A stretch of 32,115 bases of DNA from a virus. Its lineage: Duplodnaviria > Caudoviricetes. The position numbers and the translations under genes were made by a program. The DNA is taken from positions 1 to 32,115 of IMG/VR virus record IMGVR_UViG_3300021961_000368. The stretch is one strand, 5' to 3'. Within the stretch, counting starts at the first letter, position 1. Each line of letters starts with the position of its first letter. The notes under the pieces are model-generated. The model was not told the DNA's origin, ran no database searches, and worked only from the letters and a program-made list of their open reading frames with translations. This document shows, piece after piece, positions 9,162 through 18,707 of this stretch.

Positions 9162-12100
9162 GTGATGCCGATCTATCGTGTTCAAGCTCCTAACGGCAAA
9201 ATCTATAAGGTAGAGGGGCCAGACGACGCAGATCCTAATACCCTATTTAGCTTCGTACAGCAACAACTTGAGGGCGAAGAGACTCGGCGATTACAAAAGG
9301 AGTACGGTCCCGGCATCTTTAAGACCTTCACACAAGGCGTAGGTCGTGGCGCGGGGGAGCTTGGCTCTCTTGTTACGGACATTATTCCTGCAATGGCAGG
9401 GTCTGCGCTTGGGTTTGAGGACTATGCCAAGGAACAATTAGCGGAAGCCGCGCAAAAACGCCAAGCGCGTGAACTGGAAGCTCCTCCGGTATTCCGTTCG
9501 TATAAAGATGTTGAAGGCTTTGGAGATGCGCTGAAGTTTGGCGCTGAAGTCATTGGCGAGCAGATACCCAATATCGCAACGTCTTTGATTCCCGGTGTCG
9601 GGGGTGGCGTTTTAGCTGGTCGCGCTGCGTTAACTACTGCTGGCAAAGCTCTTGCTACACAGGCGGCAGAACGTGGGCTTGTTGGTGAAGCGGCTACGGC
9701 ATTCGTTGCTGAGGGTATGAAACGCGCTGCACCACAGGTGGCAGCTAGAGCGGGAATGGGTACGAACGTCGGAACCTTCCTTGGATCTTACGCGCAGAAC
9801 GCTCCGGAGGTTTTCCAAAACGTCTTTGAGGAAACAGGCCAATTAGAACCCGGCGTAGCGATGTTGTTTGGAGCGGGTTCTGCTGCTCTGGATTCAGTGC
9901 TACCCGCGACATTGGCTAGGCAGCTTACCGGTCCTATGAAGGTCGGTATCGTTGAGAAGGTTCTTGAGAAGTCCGGAATGGACAAGGGGCTGCTGCGTAG
10001 TGTTACCGCAGGCATGCTCAAAGGTGCGAACGTGCTCAAAGGAGTGCCCGTAGAGGGGCTAACCGAAGGCGCTCAGGAAGCGATCAGTATCGCGGCTGAA
10101 AAGTTCGTAGCCAACAACCCACAAATCTTTGAGAGCAAAGAGTGGGACCGCATCATGGAGTCCAGTGTCCGTGGCGCGATTGCTGGTGGCGCATTTAGCG
10201 CTGCTGGTAGTGGTGTGGAGCGGATGCGGGAGCGGGTGCGGGAGCAGTATAAAGAACAAATCGACGCGGCGGCACAGGAGGCTGCACAAACGGGCGAGCC
10301 GGTTCCGCTTCAGATTGGATATGACCCCAACGTAAGTGCGCCTACCACGTATGGCGGGCAAACCATTTACGTATATCCGGACGGCTCTACACAGTTTGTC
10401 AGTGAAATGACCGATGAGGCGATGGCTGAGAAGTACCCAGAGCCAGAAGCCCCGGTGCCTCCTGAACAGCGAGCCAAAGAAGAAAAGGCGGCGGCGGTTC
10501 GTGCGCGGCAGGCGGAACAACGGAAAACTGCGCAATTAAAAGAAGACGCGGCGAAGCTCAAAAAAGCTATTGCCGATCTAACGGCGGTGCCGACCGATCT
10601 CGTTTCGTTAGCAAAAGGTCCGACTCCATTAGAACAGACAATTCGTCAAGCGCAGGGTGAACTGGATGTACTAGGTGCAAAGCGTGCCCCAAAAACTCCT
10701 AGCGCACCCGTAGCCGCACCCACAACCGCACCCACAACCGCACCCGTAGGCGCACCTGCCTCTATTCCGGGGATGGAAGGTACTATCATCAGTGACACCA
10801 AAGCATTTGGTAAGCAGCTTGGTGTCGGCCCTACGGCCAAAATGCTGAAAGCCGTAGCGGGTAAAGATCTTTCCAACCCCGCAGACGTAGCCGAGGTCAG
10901 ACAGATACTGGAGGCTTATGCGTCGGGCAAGCCTGCTGTCGGTGCCGCAGAGAAGATCGAAGCGTTCCTCAACCGTCCAGAGTTTCAAATTGCCGAAGCG
11001 GAGGTGCCAAGTGAACCTACTACAAGACCTGACGTTGGAGCAGTTGGGGCTGGCGTTCCAAGTGTTAGCGAAGGCGCAGGAGATGTCGGAGGTGGAGGTG
11101 CCCCCGCAGTTGGAGAGTCTATCGGACTCGGACTGGGCGAGACTGGAGATGTTACTGGACAGCCTGCTGCTGGAGAAGAACGCGTCAGTCCTGCACTAAC
11201 TGAAGAAGCTGCCCTAAAACCGGAACCGGAAACTATTAGCCCCCGTACTGAAGAACGTATACAAGAATCGGCGGTACGGCAAGCTAACTTTATTGCTGAA
11301 TTAGACGCTGATGTAGATAAACTCCTCAACCAGCGATTCCAGCAGCAAGCCGAGCAACAGGGCGTTCCCTTAGACGCTATCCCGTCAGAAGATTATCGTG
11401 GGTCTGAAGCGCATAACATTCTACGACTGCCTAGATTGTTTGCGCAGCATCGTGACTCTATGGACATGCTCCAGACATCCACGGACGAAGCTCAGCGTTC
11501 ACTCAACGAGCGGCAGATTGCCCAGATAGAAAAAGCCATTGCGGACGCAGGTCCGGATGCTGTTCAGCTATTCCAACGACTGCAAGCCACGCCAGTAGAC
11601 AAGCAAAATGCTGTTTTGTCTCAACTTAATCAGATGGCTATTCGGACGTTCGACGCCCAAGCTAAAGATAAAGTTGCGCAAGCTAAAGCCAGTACAGAAG
11701 TGCCGGGCGCTGCGCCCTCTAAGAAATCCAAAAAAGCTCTGACGGATGAGGAGCTTGATGCGTTAACGCATGAGTTTAATAAGCGGCATCAAAAACGTGG
11801 CGGCGGAAAACTCTTCTTGCCTGCATACAGAGGGGCTAGTCTTGACGCCACTGGTAAAGATCTTGCCATCAGCGGTGACTTGCGTGGGCTGATCGACCAT
11901 CTCCAAGCGCGGGCCACGAACCCCATAGTCCGGGGGATGCTCGCCAAAATCAAACGGTTGAACCTTAAGACGAAGATTGTCGTTAGGAATCCTGAAGGCC
12001 CGATGGCCTTGCGCACTCCTGAGTTTCAACGTTGGTTTGGGGGTAGCAAGGTTGTCGATGAAAATGGCAATCCGCTGGTGGTGTATCACGGTACGTCGAA

Positions 12101-15100
12101 AGACGTGGACTTTAACAAGTTCAAACTGCCGAAGAACGGCGCATGGTTTACGACAGACCCAGAAAGTGCTTCGCAATACGCCGTTGAAAACGACAGCATG
12201 GGCTTCAAATATAACCGTGACACAAGGAATTTCGACGAGATCAATACAGCCGCTCGCGTCATGCCGGTGTTTGTGCGTATTGAAAACCCCTACACCCTGA
12301 CGGCAGAAGAACGCGCTACGCTGCTCAAGGCCGCTAACTACAACAAAGCCCAAGGCGTAATTTTTGAACGTGCCAAGGCACAGGGGTACGACGGCATCCG
12401 CATGGGTGACGGCATTTGGGTTGCTATCAAAGACCCCACACAAATTAAATCCGCCATTGGCAATGTAGGAACATACGATCCCACCAGCCCGGACATTCGT
12501 TACGCCGCCAACAAGGCTGGTTCATTTGACCCCCGCACCAACACAATCGCGCTGGACCCCGATAACGGATTGAACGAACACACGGTGCTGCACGAGTTGA
12601 TGCACGCTGCTATCTCCCATGTGCTGCGCAACCCGAGCCTGCCGGTCACTAAGCAACTGACCGAACTGTTTGATGGAATCCGAGGTCAGATGGGTACTGC
12701 CTATGGTGCCCAAGACATTCAGGAATTCACGTCTGAGTTGTTTAGCAACCCAGAATTCCAAGCACTGCTCAAAGGGATCAAGGCTCCTAAGAGCGGCAGT
12801 CTGTTCAAACGGATTGTGCAAGCACTGGCAAACTTCTTTGGATTTACCAAAGGTACAAGTGCCTATGACCGGGGCATGAAGCTCGTCAACGACGCGCTAG
12901 ATATCTCTGCTGAGGTAGAGCCGTCTGTGAGCGACATGATGTTCCTTGGCACACCAAATCTCATGCGCGAAGCGTTTAATGTCGTGGGGGATATTGGTCG
13001 TGCGATGCCATCGTTAGCTGGACGCACCGTAGAAAGCACCAAAAACTCTCTGTCGAACGCCCCGTCGGATCTGAAATCCATGGCGCTCAGCCTTTTGCGG
13101 CTGGACAACCTTAACACCATTTATGGGAAAGAACTGCCTTCTATCCAGACTCTGACCGACAACATCGAGTTGCGTAACGGGATGCAGGAGAAGGCGGTTG
13201 CGGAAATCAATAAGAACTACAAGTTCTTTGAGGAAACGCAGAAGAAATTCCCGGCTCAGTTTAAGGTCATGGAAGACATGGCCTACGATGCTCGCTTGGA
13301 AATGGCGGACCCCAAAGATCCAGACTTCCTAAAACAGACTGGGCTGAGCGCCAAACAACAGCAGGAATATCGGCGGCTGCGCAACATCTACAACTCCTTA
13401 CCCGCAGATGTGCGTAAGACCTACGACATGATTCGGGACGCGTACACTAAGGCGATTGACGACTACGAAGCCATGCTGGTGGGCGATCCCGACAAAGGTA
13501 TTCCGGGGCTTGTCGATTCCTCGGTCGCTGCCAAACTTAAGCTGCAATTCCAAGCCAAGAAGCGGCAGATTGCCTACATTCCATTTCTGCGTAGGGGCGA
13601 CTTCTGGGTTGAGTACGACATAGACGGGGAACGTGCGGCTTCCGCTTTCCAATCAATCCGTGAGCGTGACCGCTTTATCCGGCAAGAACTTGCGCCCAAG
13701 GGTATCCAATACCGGATGTACCAGAACATTGAGAACCAAAGCTTCCAACAGGGTACGTTGCCACCGACCAGTTTCATCGTGGGGGTGATGGCGGACCTAA
13801 ACAAGCAAGGTGCTAGTCAAGAGATTAAAGATAACGTCTATCAGGCGTATCTGGCGCTGTTCCCCGCTGCGTCCATCTCCAAGAACTTTATGAAAGCCGA
13901 CAATGTTCGGGGTATGGAGCGGGATATTGCACGGGGGTATGCGGAGACCATGGTTAAATGGTCCCGTAAATTGGCTAATACCAAGTACGCTGGTCCTATC
14001 AATCAAGCGTTCGACGCTATTGACGGGGAAGCTGAAGCGGTAAATGACCCGAGTGTATATGCCGCTGCGCAGAATATTCGTAACCGGCAAAACTTTATCA
14101 ATAACCCAACGTATAACAAGCTAACGTCCGCAGCCACGAGCCTTAGTTATTTCACGTTCATCGCGGGTAACGTGTCCTCGGCACTGGTGAACTTATCTAC
14201 GTTGCCTCTGTTCGCATGGCCTATGCTGGGAGGACGGTTTGGGTTTGATAAAGCTACGTTTGCACTAACGGGCGCGACAAAAATTGCGAGTATGTATGCA
14301 CTCAAAAAGAAGGTTCCGGGTAAGTACGCAAGGCTGTTTGACGTATTAAATGACCATGCGCAGTTGGAACATACGATGGCGCGTGAGGTGCTTGAGGGGC
14401 GTAGGCAGACCACCGCAGATTATCTGGGGTTCAAAGCTAGGGTAATGGACCTCATCTCTAAGCCGTTCCATATTTCTGAGGTGATGAACCGGGGGGCTAC
14501 CGCAATCGCGGCGTATGAGTTGGCGCTGAAGGGCAATCCCGCGCTGAAGATCCCGGCTATGAACGAGGCGGATGCCATCAGGTATGCGCTGAGCGCCGTG
14601 AAAGATATGAACACGTCAGGCTTGTCTGCCAGCGCCTCGACATACATGCAGCACCCGCTTGGTCGCGTGATGCTTACGTTCAAGTCGTTTGCGTGGAACC
14701 AAGCTGCGTTGATCGCACGGGCCTTCCATCAGAGCGTTAAGGGTGAGTCCCCTGAAGTTCGCAAAGAAGCCTTTAGGCAACTGGTCGGCACCTACGGAAT
14801 GGCGATGGCTCTTGCGGGGGCCAACGGGATGCCCTTTATGGGGGCCGCTTCGGTCTTGGCGAACATGATTAATGCCCTGCTCGGAGATGATGACGAGCCG
14901 TTTGATTTTGATGTACTGATGCGCCAGTGGACAAATGAGTTGTTCTATAAAGGGTTGCCCAACTACTTTCTGAATTTGGAAGTCTCTAACCGTATCGGTG
15001 TGGCAAACGATCTACTCTTCCGTGATGACCCCCGTGGCGTTGCTGAGGATGGCTACGTGATGACTGCGCTTAGGCAGTTGGCTGGCCCTCTTGGGTCTTA

Positions 15101-15620
15101 CGCAGTGGGCGTTGAGAACGGGGCAAAGCTTATGCGGGAAGGCAACGTGCAGCGGGGGATTGAGGCCGTACTTCCCAGCTTCTTACGGAATGCGCTGAAG
15201 GGTGCGCGGTATATGTCCGAGGGCGCACTTACCCTCAAAGGCGACCCGATTGTCGATGATGTTTCCGTGTACAACGGAGTCATGCAGATGCTTGGGTTTA
15301 CTCCCGCAGACCTGTCTCTTGCCTACGAAGATGTATCTATGCGGAAGGGGTATGAGCGAGAGATCTTGGCGCAGCGCAAGCGGTTGCTGGATAGGTACGA
15401 GATAGCCCGCACTACCGACGATTACGACTTGATGGAAGAAGTCCGGGAAGGGATCGCTCGGTTCAACGACAGGCGCATCGACCCGAAAGCGCGGATCAGT
15501 TCCGATACCCTGCGGCGGTCCATGAAGGCAAGGGAAGCTGCCGAGAAGAACATGATCAACGGGGTGCGCTTCAATAAGCGGCTGATGCCCGAAATCACCG
15601 ACCTGCTGGAAGAGGAGTGA
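9162..15620 (+). CDS. Large polyvalent/injected virion protein with ART-like, HExxH zincin-like and PLxRFG-like regions
   Basis: 2152 aa. ART-PolyVal-like segment (F..WFG.SKVVD.NG.PLVVYHGT...WFT...P.QIKSA.GN.G.YDP...DIRY), HELMH motif, YIPFLRRG motif. AAGGA RBS; start is GTG 9162 or ATG 9165. Confidence 0.8.
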   Translation: MMPIYRVQAPNGKIYKVEGPDDADPNTLFSFVQQQLEGEETRRLQKEYGPGIFKTFTQGVGRGAGELGSLVTDIIPAMAGSALGFEDYAKEQLAEAAQKRQARELEAPPVFRSYKDVEGFGDALKFGAEVIGEQIPNIATSLIPGVGGGVLAGRAALTTAGKALATQAAERGLVGEAATAFVAEGMKRAAPQVAARAGMGTNVGTFLGSYAQNAPEVFQNVFEETGQLEPGVAMLFGAGSAALDSVLPATLARQLTGPMKVGIVEKVLEKSGMDKGLLRSVTAGMLKGANVLKGVPVEGLTEGAQEAISIAAEKFVANNPQIFESKEWDRIMESSVRGAIAGGAFSAAGSGVERMRERVREQYKEQIDAAAQEAAQTGEPVPLQIGYDPNVSAPTTYGGQTIYVYPDGSTQFVSEMTDEAMAEKYPEPEAPVPPEQRAKEEKAAAVRARQAEQRKTAQLKEDAAKLKKAIADLTAVPTDLVSLAKGPTPLEQTIRQAQGELDVLGAKRAPKTPSAPVAAPTTAPTTAPVGAPASIPGMEGTIISDTKAFGKQLGVGPTAKMLKAVAGKDLSNPADVAEVRQILEAYASGKPAVGAAEKIEAFLNRPEFQIAEAEVPSEPTTRPDVGAVGAGVPSVSEGAGDVGGGGAPAVGESIGLGLGETGDVTGQPAAGEERVSPALTEEAALKPEPETISPRTEERIQESAVRQANFIAELDADVDKLLNQRFQQQAEQQGVPLDAIPSEDYRGSEAHNILRLPRLFAQHRDSMDMLQTSTDEAQRSLNERQIAQIEKAIADAGPDAVQLFQRLQATPVDKQNAVLSQLNQMAIRTFDAQAKDKVAQAKASTEVPGAAPSKKSKKALTDEELDALTHEFNKRHQKRGGGKLFLPAYRGASLDATGKDLAISGDLRGLIDHLQARATNPIVRGMLAKIKRLNLKTKIVVRNPEGPMALRTPEFQRWFGGSKVVDENGNPLVVYHGTSKDVDFNKFKLPKNGAWFTTDPESASQYAVENDSMGFKYNRDTRNFDEINTAARVMPVFVRIENPYTLTAEERATLLKAANYNKAQGVIFERAKAQGYDGIRMGDGIWVAIKDPTQIKSAIGNVGTYDPTSPDIRYAANKAGSFDPRTNTIALDPDNGLNEHTVLHELMHAAISHVLRNPSLPVTKQLTELFDGIRGQMGTAYGAQDIQEFTSELFSNPEFQALLKGIKAPKSGSLFKRIVQALANFFGFTKGTSAYDRGMKLVNDALDISAEVEPSVSDMMFLGTPNLMREAFNVVGDIGRAMPSLAGRTVESTKNSLSNAPSDLKSMALSLLRLDNLNTIYGKELPSIQTLTDNIELRNGMQEKAVAEINKNYKFFEETQKKFPAQFKVMEDMAYDARLEMADPKDPDFLKQTGLSAKQQQEYRRLRNIYNSLPADVRKTYDMIRDAYTKAIDDYEAMLVGDPDKGIPGLVDSSVAAKLKLQFQAKKRQIAYIPFLRRGDFWVEYDIDGERAASAFQSIRERDRFIRQELAPKGIQYRMYQNIENQSFQQGTLPPTSFIVGVMADLNKQGASQEIKDNVYQAYLALFPAASISKNFMKADNVRGMERDIARGYAETMVKWSRKLANTKYAGPINQAFDAIDGEAEAVNDPSVYAAAQNIRNRQNFINNPTYNKLTSAATSLSYFTFIAGNVSSALVNLSTLPLFAWPMLGGRFGFDKATFALTGATKIASMYALKKKVPGKYARLFDVLNDHAQLEHTMAREVLEGRRQTTADYLGFKARVMDLISKPFHISEVMNRGATAIAAYELALKGNPALKIPAMNEADAIRYALSAVKDMNTSGLSASASTYMQHPLGRVMLTFKSFAWNQAALIARAFHQSVKGESPEVRKEAFRQLVGTYGMAMALAGANGMPFMGAASVLANMINALLGDDDEPFDFDVLMRQWTNELFYKGLPNYFLNLEVSNRIGVANDLLFRDDPRGVAEDGYVMTALRQLAGPLGSYAVGVENGAKLMREGNVQRGIEAVLPSFLRNALKGARYMSEGALTLKGDPIVDDVSVYNGVMQMLGFTPADLSLAYEDVSMRKGYEREILAQRKRLLDRYEIARTTDDYDLMEEVREGIARFNDRRIDPKARISSDTLRRSMKAREAAEKNMINGVRFNKRLMPEITDLLEEE
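10704..10757 (+). repeat. 12-bp tandem repeat (about 4.5 copies) encoding an APVA/APTT linker
   Basis: gcacccgtagcc gcacccacaacc gcacccacaacc gcacccgtaggc gcacct. Confidence 0.85.
11011..11199 (+). CDS. Overprinted 62-aa acidic helical protein in the +1 frame of the giant gene
   Basis: GGAGGT at 11000-11005, 5 nt before GTG. Translation MNLLQDLTLEQLGLAFQVLAKAQEMSEVEVPPQLESLSDSDWARLEMLLDSLLLEKNASVLH*. The host frame here is a low-complexity linker. Confidence 0.6.
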   Translation: MNLLQDLTLEQLGLAFQVLAKAQEMSEVEVPPQLESLSDSDWARLEMLLDSLLLEKNASVLH

Positions 15621-15646
15621 AAAAAACCCCGGCATTGCGCCGGGGT
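15620..15646 (-). terminator. Rho-independent terminator of the minus arm (possibly bidirectional)
   Basis: Minus strand reads ACCCCGGC-GCAAT-GCCGGGG-TTTTTTT: a GC-rich stem followed by a U7 tract, at the convergence of the two arms. Confidence 0.9.
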
Positions 15647-15677
15647 AACATCTTCTCTAGGAGGAGAAGGAGAGTGC
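15620..15677 (-). ncRNA. Predicted ~58-nt small RNA with an anti-RBS 5' seed
   Basis: Lies between a sigma70-type promoter (15684-15712) and the terminator, with no ORF. Predicted sequence GCACUCUCCUUCUCCUCCUAGAGAAGAUGUUACCCCGGCGCAAUGCCGGGGUUUUUUU. The 5' end is complementary to RBSs at 20148, 20551 and 31361. Confidence 0.65.
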
Positions 15678-15683
15678 AGTGCG

Positions 15684-15712
15684 ATTATAGGCTACACCCT
15701 CCAGACCCGCAA
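15684..15712 (-). promoter_or_regulatory. sigma70-type promoter TTGCGG-N17-TATAAT for the predicted sRNA
   Basis: -35 at 15707-15712, exact 17-nt spacer, perfect -10 at 15684-15689. Only about 60 nt lie between it and the terminator. Confidence 0.7.
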
Positions 15713-15886
15713 TCCATATTTCCCGTTCTCAATAACGTGTTTACACAAGATACCCACCCTCATACGGCGCGCTTCTGATTCTACAAACCGCTGCGTGAGT
15801 TTGCGGTCGATACAAGGCACGAAGAACGACGTGTCTGGTTGGAATTTAGCCCAATCAATCAGTAGTGGTAGGCCCAGTATCTTCAT
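15692..15886 (-). CDS. Small hypothetical protein (possible DNA-binding), last gene of the early arm
   Basis: MKILGLPLLIDWAKFQPDTSFFVPC...GKYGLRVWRV. The SFFVP...G.RVWR pattern recurs in small phage proteins. Overlaps the primase stop. Confidence 0.6.
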   Translation of the reverse strand: MKILGLPLLIDWAKFQPDTSFFVPCIDRKLTQRFVESEARRMRVGILCKHVIENGKYGLRVWRV

Positions 15887-18707
15887 CTTTGAGTAGCACC
15901 GTATCGTCAAAGAACTCCAATCTGGAGGTATCGAAGCACAGGCAGTTCACCGCAGCTTGGGTGTTGGCGACAGTGCCAGCGGTCATGCGTTTTTTCTTGA
16001 TCTCCACCAGCGCCTTAGTCTTGTGATACGGGGCCAGTGATTCATCAAAGTTCATAAAGTTCTTGGCGCAATCATCCCGGTACGCCTTGGTCATTACGTA
16101 CAGCATCTTGGTATCTGGTTCGTATCGTGCGGTCAAAGCCCCACGGGGTTCGCGGATCGGGCCGTGCTCAAGGCCGGTGTGCTTATCACTCTTGCCGTTG
16201 ATTACTAAAATCTCGTGGAAGTGACGTTGCAGGAACCCGCCGAGATACTCATCAGCGTCGAACATGTGCTCCCGATTTTTTGCACGTGTAGTCTGTATGA
16301 GATTGATCCCAAAGTCGAACACCGGCTTTATCTCAATATCGTGCAGCCCCAGCTTCTTAGCGATAGACCCTCCAGTTACGGCAAGCATCACCGCTGTTGA
16401 CCAGTACCGTTCTGTGTTGCGCACCGTTGCGGCGGCATCGACCTTCTCGTGAATACCCCGCATCATGTCCTGTACTGACGGTAGCTGCGAAATAATAGTT
16501 TGGGCGAACGGCTCGGCGGCATGCCCGTAGTTGGTCAGCAGTTGCGCGAAGTGGTTCCGCGACCAGCCTGTATCTGCCCCCTCTTCCGGCTTTATGGGGA
16601 TCTCAAGAACACGGTTCAACTCCCCATCTGGAAAGCTCTTTATAGAGAGTAACGCGTCGGGGACTGACCTATTGCTTGAAGAAATTACACAGGTAGCAAA
16701 GCTTGTGTGGTTCAGGCGCTCAGCGTTTTCATGCTGCCTCATCCGGTTCTTACCTCGGCTGGATGTCACGTCATAAATCTGTTGGGACATTTGATCCGGC
16801 GGCATATTGGTGATTTCATCCAGAGTCACGGCGAAATTACGCATGGTCCCAAAGCGTTGCATGCGGGAGTTGTACGTATCTTTTGGGTACAGCAGGAGTT
16901 CTTTGGGCCTGCCGTAGATACTGTTGATCGCATGCAGAACCGTAGTCTTGCCTGACCCTGACTCGCGGCTCATCAAGTTGAGCAAGAAGCCGTCGAGCGG
17001 CGTGAACTTCATCAGCATAGCCCCAAAGCCCATGAAGAATGCGAATGCGCGGCCCTCCATTCCGGGTCTGTTGTATGCGTTGATGATGTCTTTCCACACG
17101 TGGAAATCACCTTTGGCGGTGAACAACGGCACCAGCGGTAGTGTTGGTGTGGAGGGGGGACTGTAGACGATTTCAGTCGCCCGAATCTCCCGGTCTCCAA
17201 GAATGATGGCTGAATTATCATCAACCCACCCGAACTGCTTGTGCGCTTTTTCTGCTTGAGAATTCATTTGTAGCTCCTCTACCCACTTAGTCACGTACCA
17301 CATAAGAATGTCCTGCTGCTTGCTTAAAACGGCGACGCCTTTGGATGCGATTGCTTCCCTAAACTTGTCTTTTGCCAGTACCGATGCCAGCGGCATGATG
17401 AACTCCCTCACCCCGTCCTTGGGTAAGTGCAGCCGCAAAAGCAAAGTCTCCCCGGCGTCCGGGTCCAGCATTCGTTTGACGACGTAAAAGTCGTATGGAT
17501 AAACAACTTCGTCTTTGTCGTTTCCGTCCGCATCTTTGCTGCGAATGAACACACCCCCGCTCTTGCCCCTGAAGAATGGGAACGGATACTTCGGGACTAC
17601 ATATTCTTTTACTTCCTGTGTAGCAGCTTCGACCCCGACGACCTTGCTGTCCTCTTCGGTTGCCTCTACGATCTCTTTCCCAAGTTGTATGGGGGACGTG
17701 ATCTTGAGTGTGCAGCCTTCGCACAGGCTCGGGTTTAAGCGTTTGAACGTCTCACAGGTGTATGGACCCTTTGTCTCGTTGGCTTTCCTCTCGGTATCCT
17801 CGGCGTTGTACTCCGGGTACCCCTTACTGATCGCGTGGATTGCTTTGTCTCTGTCCACACATTGCTGCGCAATCGACAGTCCCGCCCGCCATAGTGGCTC
17901 GTCAATCGTGGATTGGTTCTCGTAGATGTTCGCTATCTGTGCGCAGCCGGTGCCTTCTACCGATTTAATCAATATGGTCTTGAACCGAGACTGGCTTGAC
18001 CCCATCAGGGCGAGTGTTACCGGGTCCAGCGGGCGTTTCTGAAACGTCTTTGTCAGTGCCTCTAGTACGTCCTCATCTGGCTTGAGGAGTTCCGCCATAA
18101 CTTCATTGGCTACGGGCGGCGCTACATACAGAAAATCTACCGGGATCGGGTTAGTCGGATCTTTTACGTGCAACGTAAGCGGTACTCGCAGCACCCGTGC
18201 AGCATCGGCGGGAACTGCGTAATCAATATCAAACTTGTCTGCGGTACACAGCTTCTTTAGCTGCTCAGCTAACGGCTTCCACTCGGTGCGAGGCATGGCC
18301 TCTTCAAGCACCCAGTAGACATGCGCACCCCGCCCGGATCGAATCAATGTCGGGCGTGGAAGTTTGTGCGTCCTACAAAATGCTTTGAGTGCGACTAACC
18401 CATCTTCCAACGTGTCGTATGGCTTACCGGGACCACAATCGAGGTCAATAAAAAAGCTCTTCAGAGATACCGCATTTGCAGCAAACCGCCCGTTTTTGGC
18501 AGCAGCAAACTTCGCCACCGCAAAAAATACGTTAAAGCCTTCATCCCCAAGGGCTGTGGACTTCGCATCGAGATCATCAAGGTCAATCGCGGGGCGCTGC
18601 TTAACTACTTCCCGGTTGTTGACTATCTTTAGACCCCAGCTAAAGTAGCACTCCCCTTCGTCCAGAGGCGGGAGTATTAACTGTAAAAACTCCTTGCGTG
18701 AAAGCAT
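15855..18707 (-). CDS. Primase-helicase: AEP/RepB-like primase, Cys-containing linker domain, DUF927 and P-loop helicase
   Basis: FFIDLDCG, SGRGAHVYW and D.ARVLRVP primase motifs; C..PYTC.TF....C.GC; Walker A ESGSGKTT; Walker B VTLDEIT. AAGGA RBS. Confidence 0.85.
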   Translation of the reverse strand: MLSRKEFLQLILPPLDEGECYFSWGLKIVNNREVVKQRPAIDLDDLDAKSTALGDEGFNVFFAVAKFAAAKNGRFAANAVSLKSFFIDLDCGPGKPYDTLEDGLVALKAFCRTHKLPRPTLIRSGRGAHVYWVLEEAMPRTEWKPLAEQLKKLCTADKFDIDYAVPADAARVLRVPLTLHVKDPTNPIPVDFLYVAPPVANEVMAELLKPDEDVLEALTKTFQKRPLDPVTLALMGSSQSRFKTILIKSVEGTGCAQIANIYENQSTIDEPLWRAGLSIAQQCVDRDKAIHAISKGYPEYNAEDTERKANETKGPYTCETFKRLNPSLCEGCTLKITSPIQLGKEIVEATEEDSKVVGVEAATQEVKEYVVPKYPFPFFRGKSGGVFIRSKDADGNDKDEVVYPYDFYVVKRMLDPDAGETLLLRLHLPKDGVREFIMPLASVLAKDKFREAIASKGVAVLSKQQDILMWYVTKWVEELQMNSQAEKAHKQFGWVDDNSAIILGDREIRATEIVYSPPSTPTLPLVPLFTAKGDFHVWKDIINAYNRPGMEGRAFAFFMGFGAMLMKFTPLDGFLLNLMSRESGSGKTTVLHAINSIYGRPKELLLYPKDTYNSRMQRFGTMRNFAVTLDEITNMPPDQMSQQIYDVTSSRGKNRMRQHENAERLNHTSFATCVISSSNRSVPDALLSIKSFPDGELNRVLEIPIKPEEGADTGWSRNHFAQLLTNYGHAAEPFAQTIISQLPSVQDMMRGIHEKVDAAATVRNTERYWSTAVMLAVTGGSIAKKLGLHDIEIKPVFDFGINLIQTTRAKNREHMFDADEYLGGFLQRHFHEILVINGKSDKHTGLEHGPIREPRGALTARYEPDTKMLYVMTKAYRDDCAKNFMNFDESLAPYHKTKALVEIKKKRMTAGTVANTQAAVNCLCFDTSRLEFFDDTVLLKDEDTGPTTTD

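Noticed and set aside
11763-12443. 226-aa antisense ORF over the ART-like domain as an antitoxin
   Set aside because: No evident RBS or protein-like motif. It is a typical shadow ORF opposite a real gene, like most of the other antisense ORFs in the track.
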